DNA of 49,428 nt from NCBI GenBank assembly GCA_048498455.1, contig JBEHXY010000001.1, positions 1 through 49,428 of the forward strand, read 5' to 3'. The translations under genes were made by a program, and so were the position numbers. This DNA comes from Planctomycetota bacterium. GTDB lineage: Bacteria; Planctomycetota; Phycisphaerae; WQYP01. The notes beneath the pieces were generated by a model. That model saw nothing but the letters and a program-made list of their open reading frames with translations, ran no database searches and was not told the origin of the DNA. Of the stretch, positions 9,705 through 21,107 are shown piece after piece (the stretch's first letter is position 1; the number at the start of each line of letters is the position of its first letter).

Positions 9705-10688
9705 ATGGCGGCTGTGTTGCACAATTTGATGAAGCGGGGGGCGGCGGTGATGGCGGTGGCGGCGGCGCTGCTGGCGGGCGCCGGGGGCGCGTTCGGACAG
9801 TACCGTGTGGATCACATTCCGGCCGGGCCGCCGGTGGCGGTGGAGAATCCGGGCATTCGGGAAAAGACCGGCACGCTGTTGCCGCTGGACACGACCTTCA
9901 CCGGATCGGATGGCAAGGCGGTGCGGCTGGGGGACATCTTCGGGCATGACAAGCCGGTGATTGTCTCGCTGGTGTATTACTCCTGTCCGAGTTTGTGCGG
10001 GTTCAACCAGCAGGCGCTGGTGGACGCGGTGTTGTCGGGGCCGCGCGACCTGCAACTGGGGAAGGATTACGACATCGTGATCGTGTCGATCGATCCGGAC
10101 GACACGCCGGCGGATTCGGCGAAGAAGAAAGAGACCTACCAGGCGAAGATCGGGCGCGGGCCCAAGGATCCGGGGCTGACTTACCTGACGGGGACGGAAC
10201 CGAACATTTCGGCATTGGCGGACGCGATCGGCTTTGACTACAAGCGGAACCCGATGCCGCAGGGCGACAAGTACCTGCATTCGACGGGCATTTTCGTATG
10301 CACGCCGGAGGGGCGGGTGTCGCAGACGATCCTGGGGCTGCAGTATGAGCCGGACCAGCTGCACCTGGCGCTGGTGGACGCCTCGCACGGGAAGCTGGGG
10401 CGCGGGATGCTGTCGTTCGCGCTGGGTTGCGGGGCGATGCACTTCAATCCGAACACTGGGAAATACGAGCACAACCCGTGGTTTTACGCGGGGACGGCGG
10501 GCGGCCTGCTGTCGATGGCGTGCGTGGGGGTGTTCCTGGCGGTGATGTGGCGCGGGGAGATGCGTGGGGCCCGCGGGAAAGAAGCGGTGCAGGAGGCGGG
10601 GCCGGATGGCGTGGAGGGCGGCGCGGGGCCGGGCGGCGGGGACGTTGACAAGGCCGATGGCACGAGGACCGGGAAGTCAGGACTGTGA
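9705..10688 (+). CDS. SCO1/SenC-family copper chaperone (thioredoxin-like) with an extra C-terminal TM helix and Gly-rich tail
   Basis: CxxxC motif in SLVYYSCPSLCG and a downstream His (YLHSTGIFV). The ATG is preceded by taaggac. The stop overlaps the next gene's start. Confidence 0.8.
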   Translation: MAAVLHNLMKRGAAVMAVAAALLAGAGGAFGQYRVDHIPAGPPVAVENPGIREKTGTLLPLDTTFTGSDGKAVRLGDIFGHDKPVIVSLVYYSCPSLCGFNQQALVDAVLSGPRDLQLGKDYDIVIVSIDPDDTPADSAKKKETYQAKIGRGPKDPGLTYLTGTEPNISALADAIGFDYKRNPMPQGDKYLHSTGIFVCTPEGRVSQTILGLQYEPDQLHLALVDASHGKLGRGMLSFALGCGAMHFNPNTGKYEHNPWFYAGTAGGLLSMACVGVFLAVMWRGEMRGARGKEAVQEAGPDGVEGGAGPGGGDVDKADGTRTGKSGL

Positions 10689-11881
10689 TGATGAATCTGT
10701 GGACGTTGGCACAATCCGAGACGTTTCTACTGCCGCAGCAGGGGTCGAACCTGGCGCGGGATGTGGATTGGGCTTGGAACGTGGTGTTGGGGGTGACGGG
10801 CTTTTTCTTCTGCATCGTGGTGGGGGCGATGCTGCTGTTCGTGCTGAAGTACCGTCGGCGGACGCCGACGGATGCGACGCCGGAGATCACGCACAACACG
10901 CCGCTGGAAATCGTGTGGACGGTGGTACCGCTGGTGCTGGTGATCGCGTTTTTCTTTGTGGGGTTCAAGGGATTTTTGAACTACGACACGCCGCCGAGCA
11001 ACGCGGTGGTGGTGGACGTCCAGGGCCAGAAGTGGAACTTCACGTTCACGTATCCCAACGGGGGCGTTTCGGATGTGCTGTATGTGCAGCAGGGCGTGCC
11101 GGTCGTGCTGAATCTGCACTCGGTGGACGTGCTGCATGCGTTGTACATTCCGGCGTTCCGGACGCAGCGCAACCTGGTGCCCTTCCGCACGACCAACATC
11201 TGGTTCATCCCGGAACAGCTCTCGCCCAAGGAAGGCTTCCCGGTGTTCTGCACGCAGTACTGCGGCAAGGACCATTCGCGGATGCGGACGGTGGTGCAGG
11301 TGCTGGACAAGAAGGACTTTGAAGTGGCGATGGCGCAGGCGGCCAACCCCTTCAAGGAAAAGAACAACGAGACCGGCAAGTCGCGCTGGGTGCCGTATGT
11401 GGAGCTCGGCAAGAAGTTCTACAACCAGATGGGCTGCATCACCTGCCACACGACCGATGGGGTGAAGGGGACGGGGCCGACGTGGCAGGGGTTGTGGAAG
11501 CGCGACCATGAGTTTGCGTCGAGCAATGAACCCGGTTACTCGCTGAAGGCGAGCGATTCGGATGAGAAGTGGGAAAGTTACATCACGGAGTCGGTGCTGC
11601 ATCCGAGTTTGAAGGTGGTCTCGGGCTTCCAGGACCAGATGCCGACGTTTGAAGCGCAGTTCTCGGGGCCCGTTGCCAAGCAAGAGAAGCTGCGTGCTAT
11701 CATTACGTACATCAAGAGCTTGGGGAACACGGGCTGGAAGCCGCCCTTTGCGGAGAACGCACCGGAATATGATGCAGATGCGCATCCGGAGCATCATCCA
11801 GAATTTACGGCGGAGCACGTGAAGGCCCTCCAGGCGGAAGCGGGCGGAGCCGCGAGTGCACCGGCGACCCAGACTCCATAA
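10688..11881 (+). CDS. ctaC: cytochrome c oxidase subunit II with C-terminal cytochrome c domain (caa3-type)
   Basis: CuA motif [12 protein letters not shown], two N-terminal TM helices and a C-terminal CITCH haem motif. The ATG overlaps the sco TGA by 1 nt. Confidence 0.9.
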   Translation: MMNLWTLAQSETFLLPQQGSNLARDVDWAWNVVLGVTGFFFCIVVGAMLLFVLKYRRRTPTDATPEITHNTPLEIVWTVVPLVLVIAFFFVGFKGFLNYDTPPSNAVVVDVQGQKWNFTFTYPNGGVSDVLYVQQGVPVVLNLHSVDVLHALYIPAFRTQRNLVPFRTTNIWFIPEQLSPKEGFPVFCTQYCGKDHSRMRTVVQVLDKKDFEVAMAQAANPFKEKNNETGKSRWVPYVELGKKFYNQMGCITCHTTDGVKGTGPTWQGLWKRDHEFASSNEPGYSLKASDSDEKWESYITESVLHPSLKVVSGFQDQMPTFEAQFSGPVAKQEKLRAIITYIKSLGNTGWKPPFAENAPEYDADAHPEHHPEFTAEHVKALQAEAGGAASAPATQTP

Positions 11882-11907
11882 CAGGCAGGACACAGGCAGG
11901 ACGTATC

Positions 11908-13656
<1,749 letters not shown>

Positions 13657-13764
13657 CAGGCGGACCTGCAGGGTGTGGACCGGGCGGGGCCCGGTGAAGC
13701 GGGAGAGGCGTCGCAGCGGCGCCGCCCGCGGGCAAGAGATTTTCAGGCCTCAGATGAGACCGAC

Positions 13765-14700
13765 ATGACGACAATCGCGGAAGACAGTCACGAACAGCAC
13801 GACGACCACGGGCACGATCACCCGAAGTTCCTGGCGCACCATTTCGACACGCCGCAGCAGCAGTTCGATTCGGGCAAGCTGGGGTTGTGGCTGTTCCTGA
13901 CGACGGAAATCCTGCTGTTCTCGGGGCTGTTCTGTGCGTACGCGGTCTATCGCTCGACGCACCCGGACGTGTTTGAGTACGCCCACCTGTACCTGAACAA
14001 GGTGTATGGGGCGATCAACACCATCGTGCTGATTTTCTCCTCGTTCACGATGGCCTGGGGCGTGCGGGCGGCGCAGATGGGGGCCCGCAAACTGTGCGTC
14101 GGACTGCTGGCGATCACGATCGCCTGCGGGGCGATCTTCATGTGCATCAAGTATGTCGAGTACACGAGCAAGTTCCGCGAAGCGCTCTACCCCGGGATGT
14201 ACTACAACCCGACGGAGCGGCCGGGCGAAATCGGCCAGATCGAGCAGACGACGCAGGCTCCCAAGCCGCTGGCGATGCCGGAATCGCAGGGACCCACCGC
14301 GACGATGAACGCTCCCGCCATCCAGCGCGATGCGACGGGCGCGGCATTTGAAGGATCCAAGGTGATGCGGGCGGCGACCGGCCCCGCGGGCCTGAACGAG
14401 AAGTGGGTGCAATCGGAAGAGTCGCGGATGAGCCACGGCAAAGCGCTCAGCACGACACACGAAGTGGGTGATGAGCCCAAGAACGTGCAGGTTTTCTTCT
14501 CGATCTACTTCCTGATGACCGGGCTGCACGGCATCCACGTGCTGGCGGGCATGGCGCTGATCGGGTGGGTGGCGCTGCGTGCGAGCAAAGGCGAATTCGG
14601 ACCGGAGTACTTCACGCCGGTGGACTTCGTGGGCCTGTACTGGCACGTGGTCGACCTTGTGTGGATCTTCCTGTTCCCGCTGCTGTATCTGATTGCGTGA
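13765..14700 (+). CDS. ctaE: cytochrome c oxidase subunit III (5-TM type) with a hydrophilic loop insertion of about 95 aa
   Basis: FFSIYFLMTGLHGIHVLAG and GLYWHVVDLVWIFLFPLLYL are Cox3 signatures. ATG 13765 is chosen because upstream in-frame codons look non-coding. Confidence 0.85.
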   Translation: MTTIAEDSHEQHDDHGHDHPKFLAHHFDTPQQQFDSGKLGLWLFLTTEILLFSGLFCAYAVYRSTHPDVFEYAHLYLNKVYGAINTIVLIFSSFTMAWGVRAAQMGARKLCVGLLAITIACGAIFMCIKYVEYTSKFREALYPGMYYNPTERPGEIGQIEQTTQAPKPLAMPESQGPTATMNAPAIQRDATGAAFEGSKVMRAATGPAGLNEKWVQSEESRMSHGKALSTTHEVGDEPKNVQVFFSIYFLMTGLHGIHVLAGMALIGWVALRASKGEFGPEYFTPVDFVGLYWHVVDLVWIFLFPLLYLIA

Positions 14701-14793
14701 GCCGGCGCCTCGCGGCTCGGCGGATCGGGCCGCCGGGGCGATGGACGGGATGTTGAGACGACTGGAAGCTTTTAAGACGTTCAGGGACAAGCG

Positions 14794-15315
14794 ATGAGCG
14801 ACATTACCCACGATACCGGCCATCCCCACCAGGTGCCGCCGGCGGTGCCCGGCGATTTCGCACCGGCGACGCCGCCGGCCCACAGCAACGAGGAATTCGG
14901 CGGTCACCCCGACCATGGGGTGGGCCACGTGGTGTCGATGAAGGTGCTGGGGACGGTGTTCGGGGCGCTGGTGCTGCTGACGGTCATCACGGTGGCGGCA
15001 TCGTATGTGAACTTTGGCGAAGCGAACCTGATCGTGGCGCTGGCGATCGCGGTGCTTAAGGCGACGCTGGTGGTGCTGTATTTCATGCACCTTCGGTGGG
15101 ACAAGCCGTTCAACTCGATCGTGTTCGTGGGCTGCCTCATTTTCGTGGCGCTGTTCATCAGCCTGGCGATGCTGGACACGGGCCAGTACCACCGCACGGT
15201 GTGGGACCAGCAGGCGCCGAAGATCAATCACAAGAAGCTGCTGACGGCCGAGGGCGAAGCGGGCGCGGTCGAACGGACGGGGGTTCCGGCGGTGGGCGAG
15301 TCTGGCAAGCGCTAA
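14794..15315 (+). CDS. ctaF: cytochrome c oxidase subunit IV (prokaryotic caa3 subunit IV family)
   Basis: LKATLVVLYFMHLRWDKPFNSIVF is the typical bacterial subunit IV motif. The protein has three TM helices. Confidence 0.75.
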   Translation: MSDITHDTGHPHQVPPAVPGDFAPATPPAHSNEEFGGHPDHGVGHVVSMKVLGTVFGALVLLTVITVAASYVNFGEANLIVALAIAVLKATLVVLYFMHLRWDKPFNSIVFVGCLIFVALFISLAMLDTGQYHRTVWDQQAPKINHKKLLTAEGEAGAVERTGVPAVGESGKR

Positions 15316-15366
15316 GGGCTGTGTCGCGGGAAGCGGCGCGGCGGGGGGGATAGGATAGAGCACGGT

Positions 15367-15402
15367 ACAGGCCGCTGGCGACCCCAGGGGCCTGTTTATT
15401 TA
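15367..15402 (+). terminator. weak hairpin ACAGGCC-N15-GGCCTGT followed by TTATTTA, between ctaF and the second Cox3-like gene
   Basis: Read directly. The stem is short (7 bp) and the loop long, so this may be only an attenuating structure. Confidence 0.25.
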
Positions 15403-15414
15403 TGGAACCAAGCG

Positions 15415-16044
15415 ATGGCGGCGCCTGAACGACAAGAGGAAGCGACGGGGAACGGGGACGTGGAGGAGCCGGGGTCGGAAGGCAAGCAGCTGCACATTCC
15501 GGGGGCGGGGACGATCGCGATGGGGATCCTGCTGGTGTCGCTGACGATCCTGTTTGCGGCGTCGACGTTTGCGTACCTGGTGATTCGGTCGCGCGCCGCG
15601 CAGTGGCCGCCGGCGGGATTTCCAGCGGTGCCGGGGACCCTGTGGATATCGACGATCGTGATCCTGGTGTCCTCGGTGACGGTGCAGATGGCGCTGGGGG
15701 CGATCAAGCGCGACAACGAGCGCGGCCTTGTGCGGATGCTGTGGGCGACGTTCGGGCTGGGGCTGCTGTTCCTGATCCTGCAGGCGCTGAACTGGTGGGA
15801 GTTTTACCGGCGCATCGCGCCTAACACGGAATTGCGGGGGCAGTACCTGGGCATGTTTTATGTGCTGACCGGGCTGCATGCGGCACACGTGATCGGCGGG
15901 TTGATCCCCCTGGCGGTGGTCATTTATTCCGCGAGCAGGGGGCGCTATTCGCGCAACTTCCATCCGGGAGTGCGCTACTCGGCGGCCTACTGGCACTTCC
16001 TGGATGTGGTGTGGGTGGTGCTGTTCTGCGTGCTGTATTTTTGA
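15415..16044 (+). CDS. second cytochrome c oxidase subunit III-like protein
   Basis: 209 aa and 5 TM helices. FYVLTGLHAAHVIGG and YWHFLDVVWVVLF are Cox3-family motifs. Confidence 0.8.
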   Translation: MAAPERQEEATGNGDVEEPGSEGKQLHIPGAGTIAMGILLVSLTILFAASTFAYLVIRSRAAQWPPAGFPAVPGTLWISTIVILVSSVTVQMALGAIKRDNERGLVRMLWATFGLGLLFLILQALNWWEFYRRIAPNTELRGQYLGMFYVLTGLHAAHVIGGLIPLAVVIYSASRGRYSRNFHPGVRYSAAYWHFLDVVWVVLFCVLYF

Positions 16045-16094
16045 CGCGGGCCGGAGCGGGCGGGCAGACGACGGCGCGCGATGGGAGCCGGCAG

Positions 16095-17120
16095 ATGTTG
16101 GGAACACGTTATCCACTGATTGGAGCGCCGATGTCGGGGGTGACCACGCCGGCGCTGGTGGCGGCGGTGTCGAACGCCGGCGGGCTGGGGTCCTTTGCAG
16201 CGGGGTATCTGACGCCGCCGCAAATCCGGGAAGGGATCGCCGCGGTGCGGGCGCTGACGGATCGGCCCTTCGCGGTGAACCTGTTTGCGTATGACAAGCC
16301 GCCGTTGTCCGGGGACGTGGCGGGCGTGACGGGGGTGCTGGCGGCCCTTCATCGGGAGGTGGGGATTGGCCCGCCGGAGGGGGCGGTCACCGACGGGCCA
16401 TTGATCGAGGCGCAATTGCAGGCGGTGCTCGAGGCGCGGGCGCCGGTGTTCAGCTTTGCATTCGGGATGCCATCGGAGGCGTGGCTGTCGGCGTTTCGAC
16501 AGGCTGGCACGCGGACGATCGGGACGGCGACGACGGTTGCCGAGGCGCAGGCACTGGAGCAGGCGGGTGTCGACATGATTTGCGCGCAGGGTGGGGAAGC
16601 GGGCGGTCACCGCGGCACGTTTCTCGCGCCCTTCGAGGCGGGCATGCAGCCGATGGTCGAACAGGTGCGGCAGATGGCCGCGGTGGTCAAGACGCCGCTG
16701 ATTGGCGCGGGCGGAATACGCACGGGCGCCGAGGTGCGGGCGGCGCTGGATGCCGGGGCGGTGGCGGCACAGGTGGGAACGGCCTTCATCGTGTGCAGGG
16801 AATCGGGCGCTCCGCGGGCATACCGGGAGGCGCTTCTGCGGGCGCGGCCGGGGGAGACGCGGATCATTCGCTCGGTGTCGGGGCGGCCGACGCGCGGGTT
16901 GGAGAACCGCCTGTCGCAGCTGCTGGAAACGGTGAAGGAAATTCCGCCTTATCCCTGGCAGCACTGGATGACGCGGGGGATTCGCTCCGCGGCCGCTTCC
17001 CAGGGGCAGGCGGACTTGATGGGCATGTGGTCGGGGGATGGAAACGTGCCGCTGCGGGAGATGGGCGCGGAACAGCTGGTCGAGGCGCTCATGCGCGAGG
17101 CGGGAATCCTCAAGGATTAA
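16095..17120 (+). CDS. nitronate monooxygenase / 2-nitropropane dioxygenase-like FMN oxidoreductase
   Basis: MLGTRYPLIGAPMSGVTTPALVAAVSNAGGLGSF and GAGGIRTG. The ATG is preceded by gggag. Confidence 0.8.
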   Translation: MLGTRYPLIGAPMSGVTTPALVAAVSNAGGLGSFAAGYLTPPQIREGIAAVRALTDRPFAVNLFAYDKPPLSGDVAGVTGVLAALHREVGIGPPEGAVTDGPLIEAQLQAVLEARAPVFSFAFGMPSEAWLSAFRQAGTRTIGTATTVAEAQALEQAGVDMICAQGGEAGGHRGTFLAPFEAGMQPMVEQVRQMAAVVKTPLIGAGGIRTGAEVRAALDAGAVAAQVGTAFIVCRESGAPRAYREALLRARPGETRIIRSVSGRPTRGLENRLSQLLETVKEIPPYPWQHWMTRGIRSAAASQGQADLMGMWSGDGNVPLREMGAEQLVEALMREAGILKD

Positions 17121-17136
17121 GGTTGCGGCCTGCGGC

Positions 17137-18576
17137 TTATTCCGGCGGGGCGACGCGGGCGCGAAGGTCGGTGAGGCGCTTCTTGGTGTCCATGTAGCCG
17201 AAGTCCCAGCGGACAACCTGCGAGTAAATGTCAATCGCCGCCTGAAGCTTGCCGGATTCTTCGAGCGCCCGGCCATACCAGTAATGCAGGCCCTTTGACT
17301 TGGGATCGCCGGACATCGCCATGTCATAGTCGTCGATGGATTGTTTCAGGGTGTCGAGGGCTTCCGGGAGCATCTTCTGGGACATGAAGGAGCGGCCCAG
17401 GAGGTGCAGGGCTTCCACGCGGAACTTGGGGTTGTTCTGGGCCTCCTGCAGGGCGCCGATCGCTTCGTCGTAATGGCCGGCATCGTAGAGCCGGCGGCCA
17501 TATTCGTAGCGCACGGTGAGGTCCGTCGGGAAGTGCTCCGCCCGTTCTTTGAATTCCTCCACCTCGAAGGCGAGGCGGTCCTGGAGCAACTGCTCGTATT
17601 GCTTGCGAAGTTCCTCGTCGGAGGGATCCTGCTTCACCGCTTCACGAAGCAGGCCGGCGTTGCGCTTGAACTGCTTCATGCGGATGTCGCCGATGGTCAC
17701 CTTGTAGCGATAGACTTTGGTGGTCTCATACGCTTTGCGGAGGATCTCGATGGCCTTGTTTTCGTAGGCCTCGTCATCCATGGCCATGAGCGCCTTGGAA
17801 TACTTTTCGACGAACTGCATTTCCGCAGGGTTGCGTTCGTAATCGGCCTGGGCGCTGTCGAGGGCCTTTTTGCGGTAGTCCTCGGATTTGACGATGTTTT
17901 CTTCTTCCAGCAGCTTCTTGGTCTGGTCCTTGTCCTTGATCGAGTCTTTGAAGTCGGCGTTCTTGTCGTAATTGCCACGGACCATCGTGGCCTGGGCAGC
18001 GTACTGCTTCACCAGCGCGTCGAGGTCGGCATCGGTGGGCTTGAGGAGGCGGGCAAGTTCGGCGGCCTGGCTTGCGCGGTCAAAGTCGTTGACCTTGGCG
18101 AACATCTCCGCGATTTCTTTGTAGAGTTCGAGCTTGGGGGTTTTCTGGGTGCGGTTGGCCTCAAGAAGGATGGGCCCGATCCAGATCACGACATCGCGCA
18201 GGCTGCACAGGACGGCGTTGCGGACGATCTGCAGCATGTGGTTGATGTTGCCGACATCCTTGGCGAGGAGCCATTCGCCATTGAGCATGGCTTCCTTGGG
18301 GGTTTTGCCCTTGTAGGGGGTCTTGGCGCCAAAAAGTCCGCCGGCGGGTTTTCCGCCAGCCACTTTGCGGTGAAATCCGACCTCGCGGAGCTTGCGATGC
18401 TCTTCCATGTTGAAGGGTTCGCGGAAGAGTCCCTGGATGTACATGTCGATGGCATAGTCGAAGTTGCCGGTGGCGGCGACAGCGGCAGCGCGTTCGAAGT
18501 ACACTTTGCCCTTGCCCGGTCCCTCGTTGGGATCCGGCGTCACTTCGGTTTCGGACTTGGTTTCTTTCTCTGCCAT
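17137..18576 (-). CDS. TPR-repeat protein, function unknown
   Basis: An all-alpha, Lys/Glu-rich protein of about 480 aa. TPR-like repeats include GHYDEAIGALQEAQ..., LPEALDTLKQSI... and GKLQAAIDIYSQVV. ATG 18591 is an alternative start. Confidence 0.7.
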   Translation of the reverse strand: MAEKETKSETEVTPDPNEGPGKGKVYFERAAAVAATGNFDYAIDMYIQGLFREPFNMEEHRKLREVGFHRKVAGGKPAGGLFGAKTPYKGKTPKEAMLNGEWLLAKDVGNINHMLQIVRNAVLCSLRDVVIWIGPILLEANRTQKTPKLELYKEIAEMFAKVNDFDRASQAAELARLLKPTDADLDALVKQYAAQATMVRGNYDKNADFKDSIKDKDQTKKLLEEENIVKSEDYRKKALDSAQADYERNPAEMQFVEKYSKALMAMDDEAYENKAIEILRKAYETTKVYRYKVTIGDIRMKQFKRNAGLLREAVKQDPSDEELRKQYEQLLQDRLAFEVEEFKERAEHFPTDLTVRYEYGRRLYDAGHYDEAIGALQEAQNNPKFRVEALHLLGRSFMSQKMLPEALDTLKQSIDDYDMAMSGDPKSKGLHYWYGRALEESGKLQAAIDIYSQVVRWDFGYMDTKKRLTDLRARVAPPE

Positions 18577-18694
18577 GCCTCGTGTTCTCACTGCGCGTTA
18601 GAGGGTGCCATGTATAGCGGTGTGCCAGTGTAATCTAAAAGGTCCGGGGACCGTACCACAGAGACCCATGATGTCAAGAATAAGGAGCGGCCTC

Positions 18695-19894
18695 ATGCAA
18701 AGCGTGCACGAGGTGCTGACAACCATTACACGCGAAGTCCGGCCGATGGTCGCAAGGCAAGTACCGCTGGAGGAAGCGGGCGGCGCCGTTCTGGCGGAAC
18801 CCGTGACCATGGACATCGACAGTCCCCCTTTCGACCGGGCCGTGCTGGACGGTTTCGCGGTGCAGAGCGTCCACGCCCCTGCGGGCGCCCTGCTGGAGAT
18901 TATAGGCCGGCAGGATGCCGGAGGAGCGTTGTTCGAGGACGTGGTGGGACCCGGACAGTGCCTGGGGATCAACACGGGCGGGCGACTGCCGGCGGGGGCG
19001 GATGGCGTGTTGATGGTGGAACATGCGACCGTGGAGGGGAACCATGTGCATGTCGGCAAGGCGGTCGGCAGGGGCCAAGGGATTCAACGACAAGGAGCGG
19101 ACGCCCGGGCGGGGCAGGTGGTCCTGGAGGCGGGTGTCCGGCTGAGCGGGGCACAACTCGCAGTCCTGGCGAGTGCCGGAGCGGCGCTGGTGAGCGTGCG
19201 GCGGGTACGGGCGGCGGTGTTGACGACGGGTGACGAGCTGGTCGCCGCGTCGCAACGGCCCGGGCCGGGGCAGATCCGCAACTCCAACGGGCCGATGGTC
19301 GCGGAAATGGTGCGGGAGGCCGGGGGCGAGGTGCTGCACCTGGGGGTGTGTGGCGACGATGCCGCGATGCTGCGGGGGTTGCTGGAGCGCGGCTTTGCGG
19401 AAGCGGACCTGCTGGTGGTCAGCGGCGGCATGTCGATGGGGACGCGCGACCTCGTGCCGGTGCTGCTGAAGGAGATGGGGGTGGCGATTCACGTGGAAAA
19501 GGTGCGCATGAAGCCCGGCAAGCCTTTCCTGCTGGGCAGCATCGACACGGTGGGGGGGCGGAAGTATGTGGCAGGGCTGCCGGGGAATCCGGTGTCGGCG
19601 TTTGTGACATTTCAGCGGTTTGTGCGGGAGGTGCTTGGGCAGATGGTTGGAGGGAGGGGCGAGACACGGGTCATCGAGGCGCGGGCGGGGGTGGACCTGG
19701 AGGCGAACGGGGACAGGGAATTTTACCAGCCGTGCAGCGTGGGGGTCGAGGCGGGGATATCGGTGGCGCGACCGCTGAAATGGAAGGGGAGCGCGGACCT
19801 GTTCACGCTTGCGCGGGCGAAGGGGCTGCTTATCCGGGAGGCGGGGGCGGGGGAGGTGCGGGCGGGGGAGGCGGTGGGGGTGCTGCTGTTGTAA
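18695..19894 (+). CDS. moeA: molybdopterin molybdotransferase MoeA
   Basis: FDRAVLDGFAV, INTGGRLPAGADGV, TTGDELV and SGGMSMGTRD. ATG 18695 has taAGGAGcggcctc upstream; ATG 18668 is an alternative. Confidence 0.85.
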   Translation: MQSVHEVLTTITREVRPMVARQVPLEEAGGAVLAEPVTMDIDSPPFDRAVLDGFAVQSVHAPAGALLEIIGRQDAGGALFEDVVGPGQCLGINTGGRLPAGADGVLMVEHATVEGNHVHVGKAVGRGQGIQRQGADARAGQVVLEAGVRLSGAQLAVLASAGAALVSVRRVRAAVLTTGDELVAASQRPGPGQIRNSNGPMVAEMVREAGGEVLHLGVCGDDAAMLRGLLERGFAEADLLVVSGGMSMGTRDLVPVLLKEMGVAIHVEKVRMKPGKPFLLGSIDTVGGRKYVAGLPGNPVSAFVTFQRFVREVLGQMVGGRGETRVIEARAGVDLEANGDREFYQPCSVGVEAGISVARPLKWKGSADLFTLARAKGLLIREAGAGEVRAGEAVGVLLL

Positions 19895-20144
19895 TCGGCC
19901 CGCGGAGGCGGCGCTGGAAATGGGCGATGGCGACGAGGACGAGGCCGATTTCGAGCCCCGTGAGCAGGTGAGCGACAAGGCCGAGGTTGTTGCTGGCCTT
20001 TTCGGTGGTTGGGCGGACAAGCACATGGAGGAGGAAATTCGCGGGGACATCGAGGTAGCTGACAAACGGGATAAAACCGCAGCCGCAGGTGTAGAGAATC
20101 ATCACGCCCACACCGCCGGCGATAAAACGCTCCCACACGGGCAT
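19830..20144 (-). CDS. hypothetical small membrane protein (2 TM) with Pro-rich tail; its 3' end overlaps the moeA 3' end antisense
   Basis: It lies 67 nt downstream of yebC on the same strand. Codons end in C like other minus genes in this half. The tail ([16 protein letters not shown]) is the antisense of a G-run in moeA and may be spurious. Confidence 0.4.
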   Translation of the reverse strand: MPVWERFIAGGVGVMILYTCGCGFIPFVSYLDVPANFLLHVLVRPTTEKASNNLGLVAHLLTGLEIGLVLVAIAHFQRRLRGPITTAAPPPPPPPAPPPPPPPG

Positions 20145-20211
20145 GGGGCCGCTTTCCAGGGGCGGAACGGCGCGGCGGGACCGGGGCGCCGGTGGCGGGG
20201 AATCGTCCACA

Positions 20212-20946
20212 TTACACCGCGGCTTCGTCCTGGATGTCGGCGTTGGTGTAGACGTTCTGCACGTCGTCGTTGGCTTCAAGGCCGTCGGTGATTTTCTGGA
20301 CCTTTTCGGCATTCTCGCCGGAGGTGGCGACGGTCTGGGAGGGGATCATCACGAGGTCGGCCTGGGCGAGCTCGATCTTGGCCGCGAGGAGCGCCTTGCG
20401 GACGGTTTCGTAATCTGCCAGGGCGGTCGTGACCTCGTAGCCGTATTCGGAAGCCACAACGTCCTCGGCCCCGGCTTCCAGGGCGATGTCCATCAGTTTC
20501 TCTTCGGACACCTTGGACTTCTCAATATTGATGATGCCCTTTTTGGCAAACATCCAGCCGACGGCGTTGGCCCCTGCGACCTGGCCGCCATGCTTGTCGA
20601 AGATCAGGCGCACTTCGCCAGCGGTGCGGTTGCGGTTATCGGTAAGGGCATCGACGAGGATGGCCACGCCCCCCGGACCGTATCCTTCATAGAGGACGGC
20701 TTCGAAGTTCTGCCCACCGAGCTCCCCGGATCCCTTCTTGATGGCCTTTTCGATGGTGTCATTGGGCATATTGACCGCACGGGCCTTGTCGCAGGCGTAG
20801 CGGAGGGCGACGTTGTCGTCGGGGTTGGCCCCCCGTTTGGCGGCAATCATGATAAGACGGGCAATTTTGGACCACGCCTGGCCGCGGCGGGCATCGACCA
20901 CGGCCTTTTTGCGTTTGATGTTTTTCCAGTGGGAATGGCCGGCCAT
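20212..20946 (-). CDS. yebC: YebC/PmpR-family probable transcriptional regulator
   Basis: MAGHSHWKNIKRKKAVVDARRGQAWSK... is the hallmark N-terminus. GGAG lies 5 nt upstream of the ATG. Confidence 0.9.
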   Translation of the reverse strand: MAGHSHWKNIKRKKAVVDARRGQAWSKIARLIMIAAKRGANPDDNVALRYACDKARAVNMPNDTIEKAIKKGSGELGGQNFEAVLYEGYGPGGVAILVDALTDNRNRTAGEVRLIFDKHGGQVAGANAVGWMFAKKGIINIEKSKVSEEKLMDIALEAGAEDVVASEYGYEVTTALADYETVRKALLAAKIELAQADLVMIPSQTVATSGENAEKVQKITDGLEANDDVQNVYTNADIQDEAAV

Positions 20947-21107
20947 GGATGCTCCGGGAAGTGAGGACGTGACGCAGAGAGGCAATTGTAGAGCGTAACA
21001 ATTGGCGCGAAAAGTGAAGAGCGTCACAAATTATGGGTAGTAGTGCTTGCGTTGACGGTATTTGGGTCCATAATAGCTCACCTCGCTTTTTACCAGGAGA
21101 AGGATCT

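Noticed and set aside
13675-13764. The in-frame upstream extension of ctaE, and similar extensions of the NMO, floA, yebC and pseudopilin ORFs in the ORF track.
   Set aside because: The extensions lack an SD and are Arg/Gly/Pro-rich. Internal ATG or GTG codons with SD-like motifs align with the conserved N-termini of the families.
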